From: Anaerolineae bacterium
GTDB taxonomy: Bacteria; Chloroflexota; Anaerolineae; Aggregatilineales; Phototrophicaceae
Direction of reading: 5' to 3'
Length of the DNA: 64,000 nt
Assembly (NCBI GenBank): GCA_034437515.1
Contig: DAOTTX010000245.1
Coordinates: forward strand, 2,753 to 66,752
The stretch's first letter is position 1. Every line of letters starts with the position of its first letter. Positions 47,051 through 57,215 of the stretch are shown here, piece by piece. The notes under the pieces were generated by a model. That model made no database searches and was not told the DNA's origin. It was given only the letters and a program-made list of their open reading frames with translations. The translations under genes were made by a program, and so were the position numbers.

Positions 47051-47162
47051 ACGCACACCTGACGCCTGTACCACGTTGTAGCGTCACCGGTTTACATCCG
47101 CTGGCGTTAGCATACAATAGAGGTAATGACTGAGATGATAAGAGACGATCGCGGTGATCCCT

Positions 47163-48578
47163 ATGACACGTTCCACTCGTAAAGTGTTTTTCGTGCTAGT
47201 CTGGTTGAGCTTCGTAACTATCGCTTGCAACTTGAGTTCAACGACGGAGACACCACCTACGCTCGTCCCACGCGGCAGCCTCAACAATGGCCCGGCACCG
47301 ACCGCCCAGGCCACGCTTGGTCTGCAAGACCCGGTTGGTGGTGGTGGTGGCAACAGCGACCAGAGCGTGCAGAGTGGGTCGCCCGTGCTACAGGTCGAAG
47401 ATCGTCTGTACCAGATGATGCAGGAAGTTAACGCGGATAACCTGTACCGGCACGTTGAGGCGCTGGTAGGCTTCCGCACACGGCATGTCAACTCATCGCA
47501 GACTTCCGCGACTGAGGGCATCGGTGCGGCCCGGCGTTACATCTACGACCAGATGACGCTGATCCAGAACCAGTCCCCGGCGGATGTCAACTTTACCATC
47601 ATGGAACATCCCTTCCAGGCAACGACGGGGGACGGCAAAACCACCCAACAATACAACGTCGTCGGGTATCTACAAGGGACGGAAACCGGCGCAGGTACCA
47701 TCGTGATCGGCGCACATTATGACAGCCGCGCCGATGACCTGCTCGACGCGAGCGGCAACGCCCCCGGCGCGGCAGATAATGGCTCCGGTGTGGCGGTAGT
47801 GCTGGAACTGGCCCGCATCCTGAGCCAGAAACCGCCGCGTGCCACTGTGATGTTCGTGTTATTTTCCGCAGAAGAGCACAACCGGCAGGGCAGCCGCACC
47901 TTCGTGCGTGACTACATCAAACAATACGATGTTGATCTGATTGCGATGATTAACATCGACACCGTCGGCAGCGTCAACAACACGCAAGGGGAAATTAATA
48001 ACACGGAGATCCGGGCGTACTCGTCGGATCAACCGGCCTCGCGGCAGTTGGCACGCATGGCAGATTTTATGCAATTCGGTTATGGGCTGACCGACGAAAC
48101 CCTCAAGGTCAACGTGATGAACGACCTCGACCGTGAAGGGCGCTTCGGTGACCACTTCTCATTTGACGAAGAAGGATACCCGGCGGTGCGCTTTATCGAG
48201 GCGTTTGAAGACCACTATAACCGTGAAACCCGCGATACGCTGGATAAGATCGAGCCGGAATACATGGTCAGCGCCACACAGACCATCCTCAGCTACATGA
48301 TGGCGCTTTCCGACGGCCCGCGCCCGCCGGAAAATATCAGCCTGCGCGACGACGGCAACGGGATGCGCTCCCTGGTGTGGGACCCGGTATCGGGCGCAGA
48401 CCAATATTACGTGGTGCTGCGCCGTCCGGGGTCACTGGCCTATGACAACTGGTTCCCCTGGAACGACAATATCACCAACCCGACCGACATCTGGGGGGAC
48501 TATGCCGCCCTCGCCATCGCCGCTGTTGATGAAAGTGGCGTCATTGGCCCGCTGTCCGCAGAGTACGTCATTCAGTAG
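47163..48578 (+). CDS. M28-family aminopeptidase
   Basis: IGAHYDS, ADNGSGVAVVLELAR, FSAEEHNRQGS. Signal anchor at the N-terminus. Start ATG 47163 or GTG 47154. Confidence 0.8.
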   Translation: MTRSTRKVFFVLVWLSFVTIACNLSSTTETPPTLVPRGSLNNGPAPTAQATLGLQDPVGGGGGNSDQSVQSGSPVLQVEDRLYQMMQEVNADNLYRHVEALVGFRTRHVNSSQTSATEGIGAARRYIYDQMTLIQNQSPADVNFTIMEHPFQATTGDGKTTQQYNVVGYLQGTETGAGTIVIGAHYDSRADDLLDASGNAPGAADNGSGVAVVLELARILSQKPPRATVMFVLFSAEEHNRQGSRTFVRDYIKQYDVDLIAMINIDTVGSVNNTQGEINNTEIRAYSSDQPASRQLARMADFMQFGYGLTDETLKVNVMNDLDREGRFGDHFSFDEEGYPAVRFIEAFEDHYNRETRDTLDKIEPEYMVSATQTILSYMMALSDGPRPPENISLRDDGNGMRSLVWDPVSGADQYYVVLRRPGSLAYDNWFPWNDNITNPTDIWGDYAALAIAAVDESGVIGPLSAEYVIQ

Positions 48579-48611
48579 TATTTATATTTTTCTCGTAGAA
48601 AGAAGACTTGT

Positions 48612-49019
48612 ATGTCGAACGTGATCCCTGACAACCTGAAGAATTTACTCGAAGAACCTATCGTCGTCGGTTTGGTGACGACCATGCCGGATGGACACCC
48701 ACAGGCGACACCGGTCTGGTGCAGTTATGACGGTGAGCATATCCTCGTCAACTCCACTAATTCACGGCAGAAGGACGAAAACATGCGCGAGCGTCCGCGG
48801 GTGACGGTGCTGGCGATCAACCCGGAAAATCCGTATAACTACCTGGAAGTGCGCGGCGAAGTGGTGGAAATCACGGAGGAAGGGGCGCTCGAGCACATCC
48901 ACCAATTGTCGAAATTGTATTTCAATCGTGATGATTTCTACGCCAATACCCCGGAACTACGCGGCAAAGAGACACGGGTGATCTACAAGATCAAACCCTT
49001 GCACGTCACCGGGCAATAA
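48612..49019 (+). CDS. PPOX-class (pyridoxamine-5'-phosphate-oxidase fold, probable F420/FMN-dependent) protein
   Basis: LVTTMPDGHPQATPVWCSYDGEHILVNS...RVTVLAINPENPYNYLEVRGEV. Confidence 0.7.
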   Translation: MSNVIPDNLKNLLEEPIVVGLVTTMPDGHPQATPVWCSYDGEHILVNSTNSRQKDENMRERPRVTVLAINPENPYNYLEVRGEVVEITEEGALEHIHQLSKLYFNRDDFYANTPELRGKETRVIYKIKPLHVTGQ

Positions 49020-49024
49020 AACAA

Positions 49025-49055
49025 ACGGGCGGGGCAACGATCCCCACCCGCCCGT
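49025..49055. terminator. hairpin terminator between convergent genes
   Basis: acgggcggg/cccgcccgt stem (9 bp plus). A T-rich run follows on the minus strand (ttgtttta). Confidence 0.6.
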
Positions 49056-49067
49056 CGCTATTTCGCC

Positions 49068-50099
49068 TTAGTCTACAACCGGGATGGAAAGATCACCGGA
49101 ATTACGGAGTGCGCCGTTATCGGCGAAGATCCAGCCGACAGCCGCTGACCCATTGCGACATTCTGTACTCAGCAAGAACCAGGTGCCAGTCGCGTTCTGC
49201 CCGGCGATGATGTGCTCACGTCCGCCGGCAATCTCGCAGATCGGCGCAGCGTTCACCGAAGGCGCGGTGCGGACGGCAAACGGGATCGAAATGTAGAGGC
49301 GCGGCGGGAAGATTTCGCCGTCTACTGGCACCACCGGCACATTCGTCAGGTTGCCGCGAATAATGACCAGTGTCCCGTTGATCCAGCCGCGCAGACCACC
49401 AGCTTCAACCAGCCACCAAGAGCGATCATCGTTACGCCCACGTACTAGCAGACGATCCCCGCCGACGACCTGCCCGACGACCGTGTACTGCGGGCCATCA
49501 CCGCTGCGCAGGTTGATCGGCCCTGGTGAGGCCGCGACCAGATAACCGGCTTCGTTCTCCCCGGCGTTCGGTGGATTTACCGAGCGGGTTGGGGCGCTGT
49601 TCAACGGAATGGACGGACTGGTGATGTCGTCCGCATCGTCTTCGAGTCCTTCAAAGAGCACGACATCGCTTTCAAAGGCTGACTCAAGTTCGGTGCAAGT
49701 GCCAAGTGTGGCGTAGACGGTCTGTGCGCGGAAGCCGTTCCCGGCGAGGCTGGTCACACGTAGCAAAATGGGATTGACGGTCGGCGGGCTTGTCCATGCA
49801 AATGACGCCCCCGGCTTGACCGAGATGCTCGACCCGACGAACGAAGAATCCTGTACCGGGCCAAAGATCACCTGACCGGCACCATCGACGGCGGCGATCT
49901 CAAAGACTTCGCGCCCGTTGCCGGTGTTATCCCGGTCGAGTTCGATGCTGCCGCCCTGGCTGGTGAAGCCATCGCAACCCGGCACCCAGTTGAGCGTGTT
50001 GGTGGTGGCGGCCTGGGTCACGCTGACCTGGGCCAGAATTAACAGCGCGAAGACGAGCATCACGCCGAATTTACGCGAGAATAAGTGCTGTTTAACCAT
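49068..50099 (-). CDS. secreted protein with two C-terminal SH3b domains
   Basis: Signal peptide MVKQHLFSRKFGVMLVFALLILAQVSVTQA. SH3b-like INLRSGDGPQYTVVGQVVGGDRLLVRGRNDDRSWWLVE and a second copy. Start at ATG 50099. Confidence 0.6.
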   Translation of the reverse strand: MVKQHLFSRKFGVMLVFALLILAQVSVTQAATTNTLNWVPGCDGFTSQGGSIELDRDNTGNGREVFEIAAVDGAGQVIFGPVQDSSFVGSSISVKPGASFAWTSPPTVNPILLRVTSLAGNGFRAQTVYATLGTCTELESAFESDVVLFEGLEDDADDITSPSIPLNSAPTRSVNPPNAGENEAGYLVAASPGPINLRSGDGPQYTVVGQVVGGDRLLVRGRNDDRSWWLVEAGGLRGWINGTLVIIRGNLTNVPVVPVDGEIFPPRLYISIPFAVRTAPSVNAAPICEIAGGREHIIAGQNATGTWFLLSTECRNGSAAVGWIFADNGALRNSGDLSIPVVD

Positions 50100-50296
50100 T
50101 CGCTTTTCCCTTATATTTTGTGTAGAACGCATACAGGCCACAATTAACGTGCAACCCATTTCCCTATTCTGATGGATATTGACGTTTTTGACAATTAATT
50201 TGCCGTATGGCTGTGGCTAGAGTTTATCTACACCGTCGATTAGTCGTCAGGCAATGCACCAAAAGCATTGTGTACAATAGAAGGCATATCTGACAG

Positions 50297-51238
50297 ATGA
50301 TGAGAGTGAATGCTATGCTGTTACGATCAATCACACGACTGTTTCTTCTGCTCATCTTCGCGCTGAGTGTCGGCCTGGTTCCGGCACAGTCACAGGAAGC
50401 ACCGCCCACATGGGACGGCGAGTCGCGCTTTACTGTGCTGGTCATGGGGATGGATCGCCGACCGACCGACCGCGACCCCTTCCAGACACGCACGGATGCC
50501 ATCATCCTGTTGAGCATTGACCCCGCCAACGAACGCATCGGAATGCTGCATATCCCTCGTGACTTGCATCTGACACCACCAGATTCGCCCTATTTCGTGC
50601 GGGTCAATACGCTGCTGCAACAGGGCGAGGACTTGCAAGAAGGCTACGGCCCTTATTACGTGATGGACACGTTGCAATACAACCTGGGTATCTACATCGA
50701 CCGCTACATGCTGTTTGACTTCACCGCGTTCGAGGCGATTGTGGATGCTATGGGTGGTGTAGAAATTGAACTCAGCTACATCATCAACGACCCCACCTAC
50801 CCGGATCGCGGGCGGGGCTACGATCCGTTTTATCTCTCCGCAGGCACACACACCCTTGACGGCTACGACGCGCTACGCTTTGCGCGCACCCGGCACGGTG
50901 ATAACGACTATGTGCGCGGGATGCGCCAGATGCAGGTGGCACGCGCCATCTACCAACGTGCCAGTAACCCGGACGTGTTCGAGCAACTGGTCGATAACGC
51001 GCCACAACTGCTTGAAGACCTTGAAGATAACGTCTATACTGATCTTTCGTTACGACAGATAATCGCGCTGGCACGGGCGGCGCGCCAACTCGACGCCGAG
51101 GACATCGTGACCGGGTCTATCAACGAAGCCAATATCAGATCTCACCGGCAGGTGGGCGACGGTCTGATCAAAATACCGGATCGCCGCACCCTTACTGATC
51201 GCATGATCGAGGTATTTGGTGAAAATTACGGCGGATAG
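50297..51238 (+). CDS. LCP (LytR-CpsA-Psr) family protein
   Basis: FTVLVMGMDRR..RTDAIILLSIDP..LHIPRDL, preceded by an N-terminal TM anchor. Confidence 0.8.
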   Translation: MMRVNAMLLRSITRLFLLLIFALSVGLVPAQSQEAPPTWDGESRFTVLVMGMDRRPTDRDPFQTRTDAIILLSIDPANERIGMLHIPRDLHLTPPDSPYFVRVNTLLQQGEDLQEGYGPYYVMDTLQYNLGIYIDRYMLFDFTAFEAIVDAMGGVEIELSYIINDPTYPDRGRGYDPFYLSAGTHTLDGYDALRFARTRHGDNDYVRGMRQMQVARAIYQRASNPDVFEQLVDNAPQLLEDLEDNVYTDLSLRQIIALARAARQLDAEDIVTGSINEANIRSHRQVGDGLIKIPDRRTLTDRMIEVFGENYGG

Positions 51239-51282
51239 CATTATCCTGCTGTTAAAACGAGATTAATGCTATAATGATGTTC

Positions 51283-51301
51283 TCCCCCAATAATTGGGGG
51301 A
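51283..51301 (+). terminator. hairpin after the LCP gene
   Basis: tcccccaa/ttggggga 8-bp stem with a 3-nt loop, followed by a T-rich tract. Confidence 0.45.
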
Positions 51302-51431
51302 ATGCTATTTTATTCTATATTTTTAATATAGATGAGATTTCCCTGATCCAGGTAATTTTTTTATCCATACCAATAAATCCTCTTTAGACTAAATTTATTG
51401 CGGTGTTCGAAATAAAGCGACGGAGGTCTGC

Positions 51432-54353
51432 ATGGAGTTTATATTGTTTTTGGCGGTGCCATTTTTGCTGGCACTGTTTACACCGCTGCTATATGACGCA
51501 GTTGGTCGGCGAGGACTCATCGCCATTGTACCGGGCAGTTTGCTGGCACTGTTTGTCGTCACGCTGTTGCAACTCCCACGGGTTACGGATGGTGAGATCT
51601 TGCAACGCAGCATCGAATGGGTGCCGGATCTCGGCCTGATGCTCTCGTTCTATATGGATGGATTGGCGCTGTTGTTTATGGCGCTGGTGACAGGTGTTGG
51701 CACGGCGATTTTCTTCTATGCCGGGCACTACTTCGACGAAGACGCCGATATGATCCGCTTTTACCGCTGGTTGCTGACCTTTACCGGCGCGATGTTGTGG
51801 CTGGTTATGGCGGGGAACTTACTGGCGCTGTTCATCGCCTGGGAGCTGACGAGCATCACCTCATTTATGCTGATCGGCTTCAAAGGTGCAAAGTACGAAG
51901 ACGCCCGCAGCGGGGCGCTACAAGCCCTGATGATTACCGGCGCGGGTGGTCTGGCGCTAGTCGTCGGCCTGTTGTTGATCGGCACGGCAGCGGGGTCGAT
52001 GGAATATACTGAAATCCTCAATACCTCACTGGCGGATCATCCCTATTACAACGGCATCGTGGGCTTGATCGCCCTGGCGGCCTTTACCAAAAGTGCGCAA
52101 TTCCCTTTCCACTTCTGGCTACCGGGGGCGATGAGTGCGCCTTCCCCGGCGAGCGCGTTCTTGCATAGCGCGACGATGGTCAAGGCCGGTATCTATCTGC
52201 TGGCGCGGTTCTACCCGACGCTGGGTGACACCGCCTTGTGGGAAAATCTACTGGTCGGCGTGGGCTTGTTCACGCTATTGATGGGGTCGGTATTGGCATT
52301 GCGCCATGTCGATCTTAAAGGCATCCTGGCCTATACGACGATTGCCAAGTTGGGGGCGCTGGTCGCGTTGATCGGCCTGCCGGAAGCAGCGGGCTTCAAA
52401 GCGTTGATGGTCGGCATTCTGGCGCACGCGCTGTATAAAGCGCCGTTGTTCCTCTCCGCTGGCATCGTAGATCACGCCACCGGTACCCGCTTGATCGACA
52501 AACTCGGCGGCTTGTGGGAGAAGATGCGCGGCCTCGGCATCGTGGTCGGGCTGGCATGCATCTCGATGGCGGGGGTGATCCCGTTCCTCGGCTTCGTCGG
52601 CAAAGAGACACTAATCGAAGCCTTCATTGACGATCCGCTGGCGTTGACCGTCGTGGTCGTCAGCGCGGTGCTGACCGTCGCCGTCGCTATTGTTATCTGG
52701 TGGCAGGTGTTCATGGGGCCGCTGCCGAAGAAATTGCACTTCCACGCGCCTGTGCCGGCCATGCTCTATGGCCCGGCGGCGCTGGCAGGTATCGGCGCGG
52801 TGACGGGTGTGCTGCTGCCGCTGACCATCATTCCATTGATTACACCTGCGGTACCAAAGGACTTCTCACTTTACCTGTTCCCTGGTTTCAACACTGCGTT
52901 TATCTTGAGCACGCTGGCGATCATCGGCGGTGTGCTGCTGTACGTGGTCCGTAGCCTCTGGCTGCGCCCGGTCAGTGATGTGCCGCTGCCCACCGGTGTG
53001 ACCATCTATGGGCAGATCGTCGGCGCGGTCGAATGGAGCGCGGATCAACTGTTGCGCACGCAGAACGGCAAGCTGCGCTACTATCTGATTGTCATTCTGG
53101 GCAGTGTCGCCGCGTTGATGGTGTTTTCCGGCATATTGGTGGATATTGCACGCGGACAGTCGATCAAAGTTGAATTCGATGGTGCATCGGACATCCTCGA
53201 AGTGGTGCTGGTGGTGCTGGCGCTGGGCGCGACCCTGGGCAGCATCGTCTACCGCAACCATCTCACCGCCGCGCTTTCGCTCGGCGTGATGGGTTACTCG
53301 GTCGGCGCAATCTTCTTGCTAGAACCGGCCCCCGATGTGGCGTTGGTACAGTTCCTCGTGGAAACCCTCGGTACGGTGTTGGTTATCATCATGATCGGGC
53401 GCATCAGCCGCCGCCACCGCGCCGAAGCGATGGATCGCCTGTGGGAATCATCGCAGGAAGGCCGCTGGCGTGACATCGCCATCTCGGTTGCCGTTGGTTT
53501 GATGGTCGGCCTGTTCGCGCTGACCGCCATCACCAACCGACCGGAGCGCGTCTCGATTTCCGAATGGCACATCGAGAACGCCTACCCGTTGACTGGCGTG
53601 GTCGATGTGGTCGCGGCGATCATCACCGACTTCCGCGCAACCGATACGCTGATCGAGATCATGGTGTTCGGTATGGCGGCGTTGGGTGTGCTGACGTTGT
53701 TCTCACTCACCCGCAACCAGGACGAGGAGCTTGATCTGGAAGTCCTGGAACGCCTCGAAGCGCCCTCCCCACTGAACCGTCCGCTGCCGCGTCTGGTGGC
53801 GCTGGTGATGCTGCCGTTCGCGTTATTGATCTCCGTGAGCCACATCTTGTATGCGGGGGAAAACCCCGGCGACGGCTTCACGGCGGGGGTGATTAGCGGC
53901 CTCGCGGTCGGTCTGTGGTATATCGTGTTCGGCTACACGGAAGCCAAGCAGCGGTTAATCTGGCTTAAACCCTGGTGGATGATCTCAGGGGGGATGGCGG
54001 TGGCGCTGGTCAACGCGGTGCTGCCACTGATTTTTGGACGTGAATTCTTCGCCATCACTAAGATCACCGGGGTTGAGGCTCCGGCAGGGCTGCATCTGGC
54101 CTCGACGATGATCTTTGAGATCGGCGTTTTCCTGACCGTCTTCGGCGGGGCCAGCCTCATCATGGAGGCGCTGGCACACCCCGAAGGCTTAGAAAAAATC
54201 GAAGAGATAGGCACAACCGAGGAGGTTTCAACAAATGGACGTGGTACTGGCGATAGCGACGGGCGTGATGTTCGGGATGGGGGTGTTTCAGATCCTACGC
54301 CGCGATCTAATCAAGGCGGCGATGGGGTTCTTCATCCTGTCCACGGCGATTAA
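51432..54353 (+). CDS. mrpA: Na+/H+ antiporter subunit A fused to subunit B (MrpA/MrpB)
   Basis: 973 aa with a GGAGG RBS. NuoL-like core (WLPGAMSAPSPASAFLHSATMVKAG) plus a MnhB-like C-terminal part. Confidence 0.85.
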   Translation: MEFILFLAVPFLLALFTPLLYDAVGRRGLIAIVPGSLLALFVVTLLQLPRVTDGEILQRSIEWVPDLGLMLSFYMDGLALLFMALVTGVGTAIFFYAGHYFDEDADMIRFYRWLLTFTGAMLWLVMAGNLLALFIAWELTSITSFMLIGFKGAKYEDARSGALQALMITGAGGLALVVGLLLIGTAAGSMEYTEILNTSLADHPYYNGIVGLIALAAFTKSAQFPFHFWLPGAMSAPSPASAFLHSATMVKAGIYLLARFYPTLGDTALWENLLVGVGLFTLLMGSVLALRHVDLKGILAYTTIAKLGALVALIGLPEAAGFKALMVGILAHALYKAPLFLSAGIVDHATGTRLIDKLGGLWEKMRGLGIVVGLACISMAGVIPFLGFVGKETLIEAFIDDPLALTVVVVSAVLTVAVAIVIWWQVFMGPLPKKLHFHAPVPAMLYGPAALAGIGAVTGVLLPLTIIPLITPAVPKDFSLYLFPGFNTAFILSTLAIIGGVLLYVVRSLWLRPVSDVPLPTGVTIYGQIVGAVEWSADQLLRTQNGKLRYYLIVILGSVAALMVFSGILVDIARGQSIKVEFDGASDILEVVLVVLALGATLGSIVYRNHLTAALSLGVMGYSVGAIFLLEPAPDVALVQFLVETLGTVLVIIMIGRISRRHRAEAMDRLWESSQEGRWRDIAISVAVGLMVGLFALTAITNRPERVSISEWHIENAYPLTGVVDVVAAIITDFRATDTLIEIMVFGMAALGVLTLFSLTRNQDEELDLEVLERLEAPSPLNRPLPRLVALVMLPFALLISVSHILYAGENPGDGFTAGVISGLAVGLWYIVFGYTEAKQRLIWLKPWWMISGGMAVALVNAVLPLIFGREFFAITKITGVEAPAGLHLASTMIFEIGVFLTVFGGASLIMEALAHPEGLEKIEEIGTTEEVSTNGRGTGDSDGRDVRDGGVSDPTPRSNQGGDGVLHPVHGD

Positions 54354-54585
54354 CTTGTTTTTCTTCGCGGCAGGGGCTTACCAGGGCGATGTGCCGGCGT
54401 ATGTCGATTCTTCGACCAACACCGTCACCGAAGGCCAGCCGAGTGACCCACTGGTGCAGGCGCTGGTACTAACCGCGATTGTCATCAGCTTCGGGACGTA
54501 TGCGGTGCTGCTGGGGTTGATTAACCTGGCCTCCAAGCGGTTCAAGACCGCCGACATCGACTCTATAGATAAGCTGGTAGGCTAA
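54235..54585 (+). CDS. mrpC: Na+/H+ antiporter subunit C
   Basis: 116 aa, NuoK-like (MGVFQILRRDLIKAAMGFFILSTAINLFF). GAGGAGG RBS 10 nt upstream. Confidence 0.85.
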   Translation: MDVVLAIATGVMFGMGVFQILRRDLIKAAMGFFILSTAINLFFFAAGAYQGDVPAYVDSSTNTVTEGQPSDPLVQALVLTAIVISFGTYAVLLGLINLASKRFKTADIDSIDKLVG

Positions 54586-54588
54586 ACG

Positions 54589-56085
54589 ATGGTCAATAAC
54601 GCACTTGTACTTGGCCCGGTGTTCTTCCCGCTGGCCGGCGCGGTCATCGCACTGCTGCTCGCCCGGAACAACACCTTACAGCGTGGTGTCGCGGTGGCAG
54701 CCGGGACGCTGGCCTGGCTTTCCAGCGTCGCGGTACTGCTGCAAACCATCGACGACGGCGTGCAGATCTATGTGATGGGGGGTTGGCAACCGCCGTTCGG
54801 CATCGTGCTGGTCGCGGATATGCTGGCGGCGTTGTTCTCCGCGATGGCGATGACGGTCGTCGCCGGGGGGATGCTCTACGCCTATCACTGTCGGGATAAA
54901 TCCATTACCTACCCGACATTTCTTCCGCTGTTTCTGGCGATGGGCGCGGGGCTGGCGGGTTGCTTTTATACCGGCGACCTGTTCACGCTGTTCGTGTTCC
55001 TCGAACTGATGGTGATCGCCTCGGTGCTGCTGGTCGCCATCAGCGATAACCCGCTGGGGCTGGAAGCGGCGATCAAGTATCTGTTCATCAGCGGCATGGG
55101 CACCATATTCTTGCTGCTGGGTGTGGCGGCGATGTACGCCACCTTCGGCACGCTCAACCTCGCGGATATGGCAAATTTGCTGGCAACGGGCGAACGGCCT
55201 TTCCTCGCTACCGAAGCGGCGGTGATGCTGCTGGCAGCCTTCCTGCTCAAGAGCGCGGTGTTCCCGTTCCACTTCTGGCAGCCAGATTTCCACACGACCG
55301 CGCCGACGCCCGTCCATGCGGTGCTGTCGTCGGTGGTGGTCAAGGTCGGCGTTTACGGTATCATCCGTATGCTGACGCTGCTGTTTACTGAGGAAGCCGG
55401 GTTAATCGAGGATATTCTGATCGTGCTGGGCGTGATCGGTATCTTCTTTGGTAGCCTGGGGGCGCTGCGTACCTACGACGCCAAACGGATGCTGGCTTAC
55501 TCGACCTTCGGGCAGATCGGCTTTATTCTGGTGGCGATTGGCTGGGGCAACCCGGTCGCGCTGACCGGGGCGCTGGTCTACGCGGTGAACCATGCGTTTA
55601 TCAAGTCCTCGCTGCTGATGCTGACTGGTGTGGTTTCCAGCCGGACGAAGACCAAAACCGCCCGCCTGACCGATATCGGCGGTGTGGGCAAGACAATGGC
55701 GCTGACCAACGCGCTCTATCTGCTGGGGGGGCTGGCGCTGGCGGGCATCCCGCCGTTGAACGGCTTCATCAGCAAGGTGGCGCTGGTACAGGGTGGCATC
55801 GCCGACGAAGGATGGATCGTGCTGGCGCTGGCGGTCGGCGCGGGGATGATTACACTGCTCTACATGATGCGGACGTGGCAGTTGATGTTCCAGCGTAACC
55901 CGGACGAAAACACAGTCGGCCTCAAAGACTACGGCGATAAGCCCTACGCGCCACTGCTGCTGATCAGCCTGTGTGTGTTGTTGGGCATCTACGCCGCGCC
56001 GCTGGTCGAGGTCGCCAATATGACCGTCGAACAACTTGGTGACCCGCAACTTTACATCACCGCTGTACTTGGAGGAGGAAGTTAA
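54589..56085 (+). CDS. mrpD: Na+/H+ antiporter subunit D
   Basis: 498 aa, NuoN/M-like (FPFHFWQPDFHTTAPTPVHAVLS). Confidence 0.85.
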   Translation: MVNNALVLGPVFFPLAGAVIALLLARNNTLQRGVAVAAGTLAWLSSVAVLLQTIDDGVQIYVMGGWQPPFGIVLVADMLAALFSAMAMTVVAGGMLYAYHCRDKSITYPTFLPLFLAMGAGLAGCFYTGDLFTLFVFLELMVIASVLLVAISDNPLGLEAAIKYLFISGMGTIFLLLGVAAMYATFGTLNLADMANLLATGERPFLATEAAVMLLAAFLLKSAVFPFHFWQPDFHTTAPTPVHAVLSSVVVKVGVYGIIRMLTLLFTEEAGLIEDILIVLGVIGIFFGSLGALRTYDAKRMLAYSTFGQIGFILVAIGWGNPVALTGALVYAVNHAFIKSSLLMLTGVVSSRTKTKTARLTDIGGVGKTMALTNALYLLGGLALAGIPPLNGFISKVALVQGGIADEGWIVLALAVGAGMITLLYMMRTWQLMFQRNPDENTVGLKDYGDKPYAPLLLISLCVLLGIYAAPLVEVANMTVEQLGDPQLYITAVLGGGS

Positions 56086-56088
56086 ACG

Positions 56089-56571
56089 ATGATTCGTCTT
56101 GTGATTTTATCGGTCATTGTCGCGTTGGTCTGGGTGATGCTGACCGGGCATACCAGCATTGAGAGCGCGTTGATCGGCTTTGTGCTGGGGTTGACCATCG
56201 TCACCCTGCTGGAACGTTCCCGCGAGCTGGGTACCAGGCGCACCCGCGTGACGGGCATCCCCGCGCTGCTGCTGTATCTGGTCAAACTGCTGCGGGAAAT
56301 CCTCAGCTCCGATGTGATGGTCGCCCGGCGCATCATCACCAACCAACCCACCGAGGCCGCCGGAATGTTCGAGCTGCCGGTCGGCGGGAAAAGCGAAACC
56401 ATCGCCGCGTTGAGCGCCCATGCGATTACCTCCGCACCGGGCACCTTCGTGGTGGATTTTGGGGAAGAGACGATGCTCGTCCACCTGATTGACCTGGAAC
56501 TGCGCCCGGAGATCGAGGCGCAGCAAAAACGCCGTTATGAACTCTGTGAAAGGATGCTCGCCGATGAGTGA
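56089..56571 (+). CDS. mrpE: Na+/H+ antiporter subunit E
   Basis: 160 aa; assigned by position and size in the mrp operon. Confidence 0.75.
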   Translation: MIRLVILSVIVALVWVMLTGHTSIESALIGFVLGLTIVTLLERSRELGTRRTRVTGIPALLLYLVKLLREILSSDVMVARRIITNQPTEAAGMFELPVGGKSETIAALSAHAITSAPGTFVVDFGEETMLVHLIDLELRPEIEAQQKRRYELCERMLADE

Positions 56572-56839
56572 TGAGATTACGTTAGGGTTAGAGATCGCGC
56601 TGACGGTGATGGTGCTGCTGCTGTTGCCGGTGGTTTACCGGGCCGTCACCGGGCCAGCCCAGGCCGAACGGCTGCAATCTATTGATACGATGAGCGGCTT
56701 GCTGGTCGGGATCATAGTACTGCTGGCGCTGGTGCAACGCTCCGGCTTGTTGATGGATGTGGCGCTGGCGTTGGCGGCATTTAGCTTCATCGCCACGCTG
56801 GGCATCTCGCGCTATCTCTCACAGGGGAGGGTGTTCTGA
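56564..56839 (+). CDS. mrpF: Na+/H+ antiporter subunit F
   Basis: About 91 aa from ATG 56564, overlapping the mrpE end by 8 nt. Three TM helices. Confidence 0.75.
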   Translation: MSDEITLGLEIALTVMVLLLLPVVYRAVTGPAQAERLQSIDTMSGLLVGIIVLLALVQRSGLLMDVALALAAFSFIATLGISRYLSQGRVF

Positions 56840-57162
56840 TGGACGTCATCGGCTTGATCTTCGTCTGGATCGGTGTGATCTTCTGTACGTTAGGCGTGCT
56901 GGGGGTGTGGCGCTTCCCTGATGTGTTTAACCGTCTGCACGCCTCCGGGTTGGTTACGACCGTCGGCATCGGCGGCTTGCTAATCGGTGGGGCGTTGCTG
57001 ATGAACAGCATCGCGCTCAAGGCGATCATCCTACTGTTGTTCTTGCTGGTCACCGCGCCCACCTCGACCCATGCGATTGCGCAGGTCGCAAACAACCAGC
57101 AGAAGAAGCGCATCGCCCCACCACCGGCGGAAGACCCTGCCGAGGAGACAGCGGCAGGTTAG
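56839..57162 (+). CDS. mrpG: Na+/H+ antiporter subunit G
   Basis: 107 aa with RFPDVFNRLHASG, as I recall for MnhG. 1-nt overlap with mrpF. Confidence 0.8.
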   Translation: MDVIGLIFVWIGVIFCTLGVLGVWRFPDVFNRLHASGLVTTVGIGGLLIGGALLMNSIALKAIILLLFLLVTAPTSTHAIAQVANNQQKKRIAPPPAEDPAEETAAG

Positions 57163-57215
57163 CGGCGGTGTCTCGCATCATCACTGATATGGAGTGTACG
57201 CAAAACTCCAACCCG

